DNA of 21,826 nt from a virus (Duplodnaviria; Heunggongvirae; Uroviricota; Caudoviricetes), in the IMG/VR virus record IMGVR_UViG_2541047848_000001; one strand, written 5' to 3'. A program made the translations under genes and the position numbers. Below, piece by piece: positions 8,125 through 16,966 of this stretch. The stretch's first letter is position 1. The number at the start of each line of letters is the position of its first letter. The notes below the pieces were generated by a model. It had not been told where the DNA came from. It made no database searches and worked only from the letters and a program-made list of their open reading frames with translations.

Positions 8125-8340
8125 AAAAACAGCGGCGGAATGACCGAGCTGTATCTGGATTCCGGGACCTACGTTAAAAGTTTTTATTCCGTCATGTATG
8201 CGCCGTCGTGCGTAAAAATCTCACTGATGGGCGCCAGCCATAAACGCATTCACCATCAGGTCACCTGGAACAACGCTGCAGTAAAAATCCTTCACGAAAA
8301 ATACAGGAAGAAGACACCCTGCATATTAATGGGGTGACAA

Positions 8341-8592
8341 ATGATTCCGTATTCGAAAGTCGAGTCTCTGGCAGCGTGCCGGATGACTGCACAACAAATC
8401 GCTGACGTACTGGATGTTGATCTGAACCGACTGAAAGAAAATCGGGAAGCAATGACAAATTTTTACGCGTCCATCCGTAAGGGCAGAGCGAAAGGTGAAG
8501 CCGAGCTACGGGCGGCATTGTTTAAGCTTGCCAGAAAAGGGGATGCCTTTGCCCTGCGCGAACTACTCAGGGTGGATAAAAATCAGGACTAA
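8341..8592 (+). CDS. small basic, probably DNA-binding protein upstream of the packaging genes (function unknown)
   Basis: 83 aa, MIPYSKVESLAACRMTAQQIADVLDVDLNRL... has an HTH-like segment. Tightly packed before the putative terS. Confidence 0.4.
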   Translation: MIPYSKVESLAACRMTAQQIADVLDVDLNRLKENREAMTNFYASIRKGRAKGEAELRAALFKLARKGDAFALRELLRVDKNQD

Positions 8593-8595
8593 CTG

Positions 8596-9690
8596 ATGAG
8601 CAGACCGGACTGGGGGGCGTTGCAGCAGGAGTATATTGCTGAATACACCCGCTCCGGTATATCTCCGGTGGCATGGTGTGAAGCAAGGGGACTGAATTAC
8701 GCAACAGCCCGTCGTTACATCAAAAAACCTCCGAAAAATGCGCAGACAGAAATGCGCAAAACTGCGCAAAAAAGTGCGCAGAAAAAATCTGCGCAGACTG
8801 CACAAAAGCGGAACGGAAAATCTCAGGAAAAAAAGCCAGTATCCGATGCGTACCTGAATGAGGGCGATGCGGAAGAAATTTCGTTCTGTCCCGATGAATT
8901 CGGCGTTTCTGACCAGCAGGCGAAATTCGCAATGCTGGTTGCCCAGGGGAAAAAACTCGTTGAGGCATATCGCCTGGCAGGATACGAGTCAGAGGGGAAT
9001 GCGGCCTACGTAACCGCCAGCCAGCTCCTAAGAAATCCTAAGGTTTTTCGTGCTATCAGCTACTTCCGCAATCAGTACCAGAAACGCTATACCGCAGACC
9101 TGGATTTACTGGTGAGTCAGTTGATGGCCATTGTCCAGGCCGACCCCAATCAGTTGGCACAATTTCGCCGTGTTAACTGCCGTTATTGCTGGGGCGAGAA
9201 TCATCACTACCAGTGGCGCGATATAGCAGAATTCGATAAGGCAGCGGCGCAGGCCTCCAGAGATGGCAAACCCGAGCCGGAATATGGTGGCCTTGGCTTT
9301 GTTGATAACGCCATACCCAATCCGGACTGCCCGAAGTGCTGCGGTGAGGGAACGGGGCAGCTTTATATGGCTGATACCACTCTGCTTGATGGGGATGCGC
9401 GGCAATTATATGCAGGGGCAAAGCTCGGAAAATTTGGTGTTGAGATCCTGCTGGAGGATAAGGCTGCCGCCCGGCGTGAATTGTTGCGTTTGCTTGCTGC
9501 TGGCGGGGCTTTATGTGCAGATAAGCGGCTACAGGAACTGGAAATTGAACGGCGCAGAATGGAAAACCAGAAGCTGCGCAAAGAGATCGAAACGGTGGAG
9601 GATAATGAACATCCCCAACCTGTTGCGATCAATATTAATGTGGTTGATGCCAGAGTAAGGAGTGATGAAGATGATCTCTCCGACGCTTAA
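8596..9690 (+). CDS. putative terminase small subunit / DNA-packaging recognition protein
   Basis: 364 aa directly upstream of, and overlapping, terL. N-terminal HTH-like segment (GISPVAWCEARGLNYATARRYIKK), basic low-complexity AQK linker, Cys cluster CRYC...CPKCC, C-terminal coiled coil. Assigned by position and architecture only. Confidence 0.5.
   Translation: MSRPDWGALQQEYIAEYTRSGISPVAWCEARGLNYATARRYIKKPPKNAQTEMRKTAQKSAQKKSAQTAQKRNGKSQEKKPVSDAYLNEGDAEEISFCPDEFGVSDQQAKFAMLVAQGKKLVEAYRLAGYESEGNAAYVTASQLLRNPKVFRAISYFRNQYQKRYTADLDLLVSQLMAIVQADPNQLAQFRRVNCRYCWGENHHYQWRDIAEFDKAAAQASRDGKPEPEYGGLGFVDNAIPNPDCPKCCGEGTGQLYMADTTLLDGDARQLYAGAKLGKFGVEILLEDKAAARRELLRLLAAGGALCADKRLQELEIERRRMENQKLRKEIETVEDNEHPQPVAININVVDARVRSDEDDLSDA
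8739..8804 (+). repeat. array of five palindromic TGCGCA hexamers (plus one TGCACA) at 10-15 bp spacing inside the putative terS
   Basis: TGCGCA at 8739, 8753, 8763, 8775, 8790; TGCACA at 8799. Read directly from the sequence. Confidence 0.7.
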
Positions 9691-10972
9691 TGTGCCTCAG
9701 GCGCGATTTCTTTCAATGCCCCACAAATTTAAAGCCTATGTCGCTGGTTTTGGCTCGGGTAAAACATGGATTGGGTGTGGTGGCATATGCAAGGGGATTT
9801 GGGAACATCCTGGTATAAATCAGGGATATTTTGCGCCAACGTATCCCCAAATTCGCGATATTTTTTACCCTACAGTGGAAGAAGTTGCTGCTGACTGGGG
9901 ATTGAATGTAAAAATTAATGAGGGAAATAAAGAGGTTCATTTTTATTACGGACGTCAGTATCGGGGAACCACTATCTGCAGATCGATGGAGAAGCCGCAA
10001 ACGATCGTCGGTTTCAAAATTGGTAATGCGCTGGTGGATGAACTGGACATTTTGCCGAAGGAAAAAGCCAGAACAGCGTGGCGCAAGATAATTGCGCGTA
10101 TGCGTTATAAGGTTGATGGACTTCGCAACGGTATTGACGTTACAACCACGCCGGAAGGATTCAAATTTGTCTACGAGCAGTTTGTTAAAGCCGTGCGTGA
10201 AAAAACAGAGCTGGCCTCACTGTATGGTCTGGTGCAGGCATCTACTTTCGATAATGAAAAGAACCTGCCAGCAGATTACATTCCTTCGCTTCTTGAGTCA
10301 TACCCTCCAGAGCTGATTAAAGCCTATCTTCGAGGACAGTTTACTAACCTGACAAGTGGTACTGTTTACCATCAGTTTGACCGGAAACTGAATAATTGCG
10401 AAGAAGTGGAGCAGCCAGGGGAGCCGATTTATATTGGGATGGATTTTAACGTTGGAAAGATGGCGGGGGTCGTCCATGTACTGCGTTTGGGGCTTCCATG
10501 TGCGGTAACTGAAATCATCAATGCCTACGATACACCGGATATGATCCGCATCATTAAAGAACGCTTCTGGCTGTATGACGGGAATGATTACCGGAAAGTG
10601 AGGGAGATTTATATTTATCCAGATGCTTCCGGAGATTCCAGAAAATCAAGTAACGCAAGTACGACGGATATAGCCCAGCTTAAGCAGGCTGGTTTTAACG
10701 TTGTGGTGAACAGCTCGAACCCGCCAGTAAAAGATCGCGTTAACTCAATGAATGCAATGTTCTGCAATGCCAATGGCGAACGTCGCTATAAAGTTAATGT
10801 GAAGCGTTGTCCGGTATATGCCGAATCTCTGGAGCAACAGGTCTGGGATGATAAGGGGGAGCCTGATAAAAAATCAGGCAACGATCACCCGAATGATGCC
10901 GGAGGCTATTTCATCGTTAAGCAATTCCCTATTATCAAACCGACCGGAAGAGTCACATCACTTCGGATTTAA
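9671..10972 (+). CDS. terminase large subunit
   Basis: Walker A GFGSGKT near the N-terminus. C-terminal nuclease-like acidic motifs (IGMDFN..., YPDASGDS). SD TAAGGAG at 9656-9662 favours ATG 9671. ORF-track start 9662 is an upstream GTG. Confidence 0.9.
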   Translation: MISPTLNVPQARFLSMPHKFKAYVAGFGSGKTWIGCGGICKGIWEHPGINQGYFAPTYPQIRDIFYPTVEEVAADWGLNVKINEGNKEVHFYYGRQYRGTTICRSMEKPQTIVGFKIGNALVDELDILPKEKARTAWRKIIARMRYKVDGLRNGIDVTTTPEGFKFVYEQFVKAVREKTELASLYGLVQASTFDNEKNLPADYIPSLLESYPPELIKAYLRGQFTNLTSGTVYHQFDRKLNNCEEVEQPGEPIYIGMDFNVGKMAGVVHVLRLGLPCAVTEIINAYDTPDMIRIIKERFWLYDGNDYRKVREIYIYPDASGDSRKSSNASTTDIAQLKQAGFNVVVNSSNPPVKDRVNSMNAMFCNANGERRYKVNVKRCPVYAESLEQQVWDDKGEPDKKSGNDHPNDAGGYFIVKQFPIIKPTGRVTSLRI

Positions 10973-10974
10973 TT

Positions 10975-12381
10975 ATGGCTGATATATCAACACCCAACCT
11001 CGACTATAACGATATGCTGGAGGCGTGGGATATTAACGACGCACTGATGGGCGGTACGCTTGAAATGCGCAGGCAGGGGGAAAATTATCTCCCAAAATGG
11101 CCTAACGAAGATGAAGACGCTTATAAAAAACGCCTGTCTGTGGCTACGCTACTTCCTGTGTATGAAGAAAGCATTAAGCAAAATATTGGACGCATATTTG
11201 CAGAGCCGACAGTATTGAGTGAGGAAACGCCGGAAAAAATCAGGGAATATGCAGAAAATATCGACATGGAGGGGAGCCGACTGGATGTGTGGGCGCAGCA
11301 ATTTTTCAGCCTCGCATTTCAGTATGGTGTGGCACATGCGCTGGTGGACTATCCACGAACGGATATGAAGGAGATCCGGACAAAAGCCGATGAAAATGCG
11401 GCTGGTGGTCGCCCATACGTTACGATGCTGAATCCACGCCAGGTTATTGGATGGAAATCGAAAGTTGAAAAAGGGAAAGTTGTTCTTACTGATTTGCGTA
11501 TAAAAGAAGTCATCATTGTTGATGGTGATGATTTCGGGCAGAAGAAGGTGGAGCAGATCCGCCATATTATGCCCCGTTGCGTTGAAATTTATCGACGCAG
11601 CGAAGGTACTAATGGCGAATCTGTCTGGACGCTTCACGAGTCATGGAATACCAGCCGTGATGATATTCCTCTGGTAACACTGTATACGAAGAAAACAGGG
11701 TTTATGCGTGGTACACCGCCATTGCTTAATCTTGGCTTGCTGAATATCAAGCACTGGCAAAGCCAGAGCGAGCAGGACAATATTCTTCATGTTGCCCGCG
11801 TCCCATTGCTGGTGGCCTACGGGCTGGACAGGAATGAAGAACTGACGGTTGGTGCATCCACCGCTACGATTTTTGAGGACAGAACAAAAAATGGCCTCGA
11901 ATATGTTGAACATAGTGGGGCAGCGATAGAATCTGGCGAAACATCACTGGAGAAGCTGGAAAATCAGATGCGTCATGCCGGCGCTAAACTTCTGCGGGCT
12001 GAAAATACATCCACCAAATCTGTTGATCAGACTAATGAAGAGCGGATGCAGGAAAACTCGCCGCTTTATACAATGGCGAACTCCCTCGAAGATGCCCTCG
12101 ATAATATTCTCCAGATAATGGCGGAATGGATCGGAGAGAGTTGCGGCGGCAATGTGGATGTGCGCACTGAACTGGATGTATCTGCCCAGGTGTTTGACTC
12201 ATCCTCCGCGCTGGCTGTTCAGTCATTGCGTCAGGGCGGTGATATACGTCAGATTGATGCGGTTCGGGTGTTGCAGGCGTTGAAATTTATCGATCAGGAT
12301 TCCCGTCCAGAGGAAGTGATCGATGAATTAAAAAATCAGAGTGTAATGCTGATGGAAATCAATGATGCAAACCGTGAATGA
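10975..12381 (+). CDS. portal protein
   Basis: 468 aa immediately after terL; size and position are typical. Acidic C-terminus. Confidence 0.8.
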   Translation: MADISTPNLDYNDMLEAWDINDALMGGTLEMRRQGENYLPKWPNEDEDAYKKRLSVATLLPVYEESIKQNIGRIFAEPTVLSEETPEKIREYAENIDMEGSRLDVWAQQFFSLAFQYGVAHALVDYPRTDMKEIRTKADENAAGGRPYVTMLNPRQVIGWKSKVEKGKVVLTDLRIKEVIIVDGDDFGQKKVEQIRHIMPRCVEIYRRSEGTNGESVWTLHESWNTSRDDIPLVTLYTKKTGFMRGTPPLLNLGLLNIKHWQSQSEQDNILHVARVPLLVAYGLDRNEELTVGASTATIFEDRTKNGLEYVEHSGAAIESGETSLEKLENQMRHAGAKLLRAENTSTKSVDQTNEERMQENSPLYTMANSLEDALDNILQIMAEWIGESCGGNVDVRTELDVSAQVFDSSSALAVQSLRQGGDIRQIDAVRVLQALKFIDQDSRPEEVIDELKNQSVMLMEINDANRE

Positions 12382-13477
12382 ACGGCTGCGTGATGAATCA
12401 ATTGCTCATGCAGTCTGGATATCTCGCTATAGCACTGGTGTGGCTGCCAGAATGGTGAAAACACTGAATGACAGCGATGCGGAGCTTACAGCTCGCCTGC
12501 TGGTGGCACTGGACAGCCTCGATCCAGGTAGTTTCACCGTTACGCGCCTGGAGTCACTTCTGGCGAGTGTCAGAGAGGTTAACCGCGCTGCTATTAACAG
12601 CATGTTTACCAGGCTCTCCGGAGAGCTGAACGAGCTGGCAGTTTATGAGGCTGGTTATCAGTTAAGTCTGTTTGATTCTCTGCTACCTGATTTTGTTGCT
12701 GATGTTCACCCTCTGGTTGGTATCTCACCTGATGCACTTTATGCCGCGGCAATGGCGCGACCATTCCAGGGACGACTGCTCAGTGAGTGGGCCTCAGATC
12801 TTGAGGCGGATCGGCTCAGACGCATAACAAATACGGTGCGTCAGGGTTTTTTGTTGGGGGATACCAATGAGCAGATCGCAAGAAAAATTCGGGGACATGT
12901 CAGTAAGGGATTTCAGGATGGTGCATTGCAGATGAGCCGGGCTAATGCGGCCAGCATTGCAAAAACAGCGGTTGGACATCTTGCTGCTACTGCCCGTGAG
13001 AGTTTTGCCAGCGCGAATAATGATTTGATTAAGGGTAAGCAATGGTTATCAACGCTTGATAATCGTACTACGCCACAATGTCGAATCAGGGATCGCCTCA
13101 AATATACGCTGAATAATAAACCTGTAGGTCACAGCGTGCCTTATTTGCAGGGGCCGGGAAAAATTCATTTCTGCTGCCGCTCAACGGAAACGTTCATTCT
13201 GAAATCAGCGAAGGAACTGGGTATTGATGTTCGTGATATTTCCCCGGCTGAGCGGGCCAGCATGGATGGCGTGGTGGCCGGAGATACAACCTACAGGGAA
13301 TGGTTTTTGCGTCAGCCTTACACCAGACAAAAACAGATTGTGGGGGAAACCCGGGCAAAGCTGATTCGGGATGGCGGTATGTCGCCAGATGAATTTTACA
13401 CCGATAAAGGCGAATGGCTGACGCTGAAGCAACTCCGTGAGCGTGATGCACAGGTATTCAGAAAAGCAGGGATTTAA
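12362..13477 (+). CDS. head morphogenesis protein (MuF / SPP1 gp7-like minor head protein)
   Basis: 371 aa following the portal and overlapping its 3' end. Domain organisation resembles the MuF family. Confidence 0.75.
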   Translation: MMQTVNERLRDESIAHAVWISRYSTGVAARMVKTLNDSDAELTARLLVALDSLDPGSFTVTRLESLLASVREVNRAAINSMFTRLSGELNELAVYEAGYQLSLFDSLLPDFVADVHPLVGISPDALYAAAMARPFQGRLLSEWASDLEADRLRRITNTVRQGFLLGDTNEQIARKIRGHVSKGFQDGALQMSRANAASIAKTAVGHLAATARESFASANNDLIKGKQWLSTLDNRTTPQCRIRDRLKYTLNNKPVGHSVPYLQGPGKIHFCCRSTETFILKSAKELGIDVRDISPAERASMDGVVAGDTTYREWFLRQPYTRQKQIVGETRAKLIRDGGMSPDEFYTDKGEWLTLKQLRERDAQVFRKAGI

Positions 13478-13496
13478 ATAAATCATTTATTACAAC

Positions 13497-13524
13497 AGGC
13501 TACCTTCGGGTGGCCTTTTTTATT
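13497..13524 (+). terminator. intrinsic terminator after the head morphogenesis gene
   Basis: GGCTACC / UUCG-type loop / GGTGGCC stem (one G-U) followed by TTTTTTATT. Confidence 0.55.
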
Positions 13525-13581
13525 GCTGCGATCCGGATGGTGAGCAGCGTAACTGTCGGAAGACTTAAACCAGGTACTAAT

Positions 13582-14346
13582 ATGAAACTGAAAACGGTCG
13601 AGATTAACGGAAAACAATACGCAGAAATTGATACTGCTGGCCTGCCAGTTTATGTGCACGACGATGGTAAAGAAATCGGCTTCGATGCACCGCTGGCGAT
13701 AAAAAAAATTACAGAGCTTAATGGCGAGGCAAAAAATCATCGCCTGGCTAAAGAAGCTGCAGAGGAAAAACTGGCTAAGTTTGCCGCTATCGAAGACCCG
13801 AAGAAGGCGATCGAGGCACTGGAAATGCTGTCAAAAATCGACCAGAAAAAGCTGATCGATGCGGGACAGGTTGACCAGGTTAAGGCAGAAATTACGAAAA
13901 ATTTTCAGCAGCAATTAGATGAAGAAAAGCAACGCTCTCAGATGCTGGAGACGCAGCTTTACGATTCTATGATTGGCGGTAGTTTTGCGGGTTCAAAATA
14001 TATTGCCGATAAAATTGCGATCCCGGCAGATTTATTACAAGCCCGCTTCGGGCAGGCATTCAAAGTGGAAGAAGGGAAGATCGTTGCTTATGACGCTTCC
14101 GGCAACAAAATTTATTCCCGCGCGAAGCCTGGCGAACTGGCGCAGTTTGATGAGGCGCTGGAGTTCCTCGTCGAAAATTACCCTCAGAAAGACTACATCC
14201 TGAAAGCCAGTGGCAACAATGGCGGCGGCTCCCGTCCGACACAGCATGATATTGGTCAGAAAACGATGAAACGCTCTGCTTTTGATGCACTGGATGTTGC
14301 AGGTAAGCAAAACGCATTGAAAGACGGTATCACAATCGTTGATTAA
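13582..14346 (+). CDS. capsid scaffolding protein
   Basis: Alpha-helical, charged, coiled-coil-rich protein directly upstream of the coat gene. Start chosen as ATG 13582 (MKLKTVEING...); the ORF-track start 13510 lies within the upstream terminator. Confidence 0.6.
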   Translation: MKLKTVEINGKQYAEIDTAGLPVYVHDDGKEIGFDAPLAIKKITELNGEAKNHRLAKEAAEEKLAKFAAIEDPKKAIEALEMLSKIDQKKLIDAGQVDQVKAEITKNFQQQLDEEKQRSQMLETQLYDSMIGGSFAGSKYIADKIAIPADLLQARFGQAFKVEEGKIVAYDASGNKIYSRAKPGELAQFDEALEFLVENYPQKDYILKASGNNGGGSRPTQHDIGQKTMKRSAFDALDVAGKQNALKDGITIVD

Positions 14347-14444
14347 CACATTTGTCAGCTTCCGGATGGGAGCTGGTGTCAGGGCTGGATAGCTCATTAC
14401 TCCATCTATTCACAATTACGCAAATTTTTAAGGAATATTTAATT

Positions 14445-15584
14445 ATGGCTGGAAATACCCTGACCGGGTTGATCCCGACTATTTATACCGCCCTGGATGT
14501 TGTATCCCGTGAGCAGGTAGGTTTTATCCCTGCGGTAGCAAAAAACGCAAAAGCTGACGCCGCAGCAAAAGATCAGACGGTAACCGCGCCAGTTGCGCCT
14601 GAGGCGAAAACCGAAGATATCGTACCGGGGCCGTCAGCTCCGAATACCGGTGATCAAAATATTGGCACTGTTGATGTAAAAATTACTAAATCCAAAATGG
14701 CACCGGTTAAATGGAATGGTGAAGAACAACTGGCTCTTGGCCCTTCAGGGACTTACAACACCATTCTGGCTGATCAGTTCAAGCAGGCTTTTCGCGCCCT
14801 TGCAAACGAGGTTGAGGCTGATCTTGGTGCGTTGTATTTCGGTGCTTCCCGCGCCGTGGGAACCGCAGGGACAACGCCGTTTGGTGTTAAAGATGATCTT
14901 TCTGATGCTGCTCTGGCTCGTCAGGTTCTGGAGGATAACGGCGCACCGACAACCGATCTGCAGATGGTGCTTGGCTCCACTGCCATTGCTAATTTGCGCG
15001 GAAAACAGTCTGTATTGTTTAAAGTGAATGAATCCGGCACTGAACAGCTACTGCGTGAGGGCGTGTTGGGGCGTCTGGAGGGATTCAATATTCACAGTTC
15101 GGCAGGTGTGAAACGAGCGCCAAAGGTTGCTGCAACTGGTTATCTCGTGAATGGAGAGAAAAAAGAAGGCGATGTTCTTATTTCCATTGATACTGGTTCG
15201 GGGAGTATTTCTGCAGGTCAGATTGTTACGTTCGCTGGTGATCCGAATCAGTATGTTGTGGCAGCAGCGACCAGCAATCTGATTACTCTTGCAGCGCCCG
15301 GACTGCGTCAGGATCTGGCCGATGATACTGCCATCACAGTTGTTGGGGCCTTTACTGCAAATATGGCGTTTGATCGCAACGCGTTTCTGCTGGCATCCCG
15401 TACTCCGGCAATGCCGGAAGGTGGCGATAATGCTGATGATGTAATGAATGTTACGGACCCGATTTCAGGGATTACGTTCCAGATTGCACTGTATCGTCAG
15501 TATCGCCAGGTGCGCTATGAAGTTGGACTGGCATGGGGTGTTTCATCAGTGAAGCCGGCACATGGTTGTCTGATTCTTGGTTAA
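14445..15584 (+). CDS. major capsid (coat) protein, P22-coat-like
   Basis: About 380 aa from ATG 14445 (SD AAGGAA upstream). Positioned after the scaffold. Followed by a strong terminator, as expected for a highly expressed coat gene. Confidence 0.75.
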   Translation: MAGNTLTGLIPTIYTALDVVSREQVGFIPAVAKNAKADAAAKDQTVTAPVAPEAKTEDIVPGPSAPNTGDQNIGTVDVKITKSKMAPVKWNGEEQLALGPSGTYNTILADQFKQAFRALANEVEADLGALYFGASRAVGTAGTTPFGVKDDLSDAALARQVLEDNGAPTTDLQMVLGSTAIANLRGKQSVLFKVNESGTEQLLREGVLGRLEGFNIHSSAGVKRAPKVAATGYLVNGEKKEGDVLISIDTGSGSISAGQIVTFAGDPNQYVVAAATSNLITLAAPGLRQDLADDTAITVVGAFTANMAFDRNAFLLASRTPAMPEGGDNADDVMNVTDPISGITFQIALYRQYRQVRYEVGLAWGVSSVKPAHGCLILG

Positions 15585-15593
15585 ACATTCAAA

Positions 15594-15616
15594 CGGGGCT
15601 TCGGCCCCATTTTTAA
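15594..15616 (+). terminator. intrinsic terminator after the coat gene
   Basis: GGGGC-TTCG-GCCCC hairpin followed by ATTTTTAA. Confidence 0.6.
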
Positions 15617-15626
15617 TGGGGGGCAT

Positions 15627-15803
15627 ATGGCCGGATTAACTAAAGAGCAAAGAGCACAGCGTGAAGCCGCACAAAAAACGCAAATTGAGTTAGTGGTTAT
15701 GGTGACCGATTATCAGATGTTTCCCGGCGCACCAACTATCGCTAATGTTCATCCTGATGAAGTTGACAACTGGAAGGCTATGGGCTGGAAAACTCAGGAG
15801 TAA
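15627..15803 (+). CDS. small hypothetical protein (58 aa)
   Basis: ATG 15627 to TAA 15801-15803, MAGLTKEQRAQREAAQKTQIELVVMVTDYQMFPGAPTIANVHPDEVDNWKAMGWKTQE. Fills the gap between coat and connector genes. Below the ORF-track cutoff. Confidence 0.35.
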   Translation: MAGLTKEQRAQREAAQKTQIELVVMVTDYQMFPGAPTIANVHPDEVDNWKAMGWKTQE

Positions 15804-15806
15804 CAC

Positions 15807-16202
15807 ATGATCACTTACGTGACCTGTGATGACGTTGATAATGCGTTTGGGAACGCCTGGACGAGTGAGAACGCTAAAAATAAAGCTGTTTTAATGGCTA
15901 ATGCCTGGCTTAATGGTTTCAACCTGAAAATTAACCCATCCCGTATTCCGGAAGAGGTAAAACTTGCGGGAGCGTATGCAGCCAGAATTGCCTCATTCGG
16001 TAAGTTGTTTCAGCAGAAAAATGATTCTGGCGTTGTTATCAGTAAAGCCGTGTCGGCTGACGGGGTCAGTGTATCGAAATCATTTTCTGAGTTGCCAGCA
16101 AACAGCACTGCATTGCTTGAACCCGATTTACAGCTTGCGATAGCACTGCTGAAACCGTACGGACTTAGTCGCTCACAAGTCAGGGTTGTGAGGGGGGGAT
16201 AA
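15807..16202 (+). CDS. head-tail connector / head completion protein (by position)
   Basis: 131 aa with SD AGGAG upstream. First of four tightly packed small genes between coat and major tail. Confidence 0.45.
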   Translation: MITYVTCDDVDNAFGNAWTSENAKNKAVLMANAWLNGFNLKINPSRIPEEVKLAGAYAARIASFGKLFQQKNDSGVVISKAVSADGVSVSKSFSELPANSTALLEPDLQLAIALLKPYGLSRSQVRVVRGG

Positions 16203-16585
16203 TGGGGCTTCGTGAAGAGATTCAGTCAGAGGTTGCCGCTGCTTTTGATGAGGATTTAGCGGACGCCGTGAGTGATATTTCTGGTTCTTACGTTACGCAC
16301 CGGCACTGGGATCCTGTGACGGAAACTGGCGGCGAATCCACCGCAATCTATACCGGGCGAGGCGTGTTGACACGTTATAAGCTGGGCAGAATTGATGGGA
16401 TTAATATTTTGCATGGTGACCTTAAATTAACCGCTCTGGTATGCGAGGTTACGGATAAACCAGCTGTCGACCATATTATTGAGATTTATGATCCTGTATC
16501 AAGGCAGTTACAACGATACGAGGTAATTACAGCAAGTGTAGATCCTTCCGCATCAGTTTACTCTATCCAGTTAAGGAGAGCGTAA
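16202..16585 (+). CDS. head-tail joining protein (by position)
   Basis: 127 aa. Start overlaps the previous stop (TAATG). Confidence 0.45.
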   Translation: MGLREEIQSEVAAAFDEDLADAVSDISGSYVTHRHWDPVTETGGESTAIYTGRGVLTRYKLGRIDGINILHGDLKLTALVCEVTDKPAVDHIIEIYDPVSRQLQRYEVITASVDPSASVYSIQLRRA

Positions 16586-16966
16586 ATGGCAAAGGCATGG
16601 GATATAGAACCGTCAATATTTGCCGGGATGATTGAGGAAGATGTAGGGCTGAAGATTCGCTACATCGCTATTCAGATTCTTACTGCTATTGATATTGCTG
16701 CTCCGGTTGATACCGGACGTTTCAGAAATAACAACCTGGTGTCGTTACAGCATCCCGATTTTGGTATATCTGATAACGTGGATCCGAACGGTACGATTGC
16801 TGTTCAGCGTGGGATCGGGGTTATTTCGAAAGCTGCAAATTACGGGGTTATTTATATCCAAAATAACCTTCCTTATGCAGAGGCTCTTGAAAACGGTCAT
16901 TCACAACAAGCGCCAACTGGCGTGTATGCCAACGCTTTTCATGGTGTTTTACAGGCTTACAAATGA
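16586..16966 (+). CDS. neck / head-tail joining protein (HK97 gp10-like, by position)
   Basis: 126 aa in the contiguous connector gene series. Confidence 0.45.
   Translation: MAKAWDIEPSIFAGMIEEDVGLKIRYIAIQILTAIDIAAPVDTGRFRNNNLVSLQHPDFGISDNVDPNGTIAVQRGIGVISKAANYGVIYIQNNLPYAEALENGHSQQAPTGVYANAFHGVLQAYK

Noticed and set aside
8739-8804. Possibility that the TGCGCA repeat cluster is a CRISPR-like array
   Set aside because: The repeats are 6 bp with 4-9 bp spacers inside a coding region, far too short for CRISPR repeats; no cas genes in the window.
8563-9632. Several overlapping minus-strand and alternative-frame ORFs (80-131 codons) across the putative terS
   Set aside because: GC-rich region producing long open frames on both strands; the + strand frame has start/stop coupling with flanking genes and the others do not.
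11149-13486. Minus-strand ORFs (62-162 codons) antisense to the portal and head morphogenesis genes
   Set aside because: Embedded antisense ORFs without RBS in a tightly coupled + strand operon.
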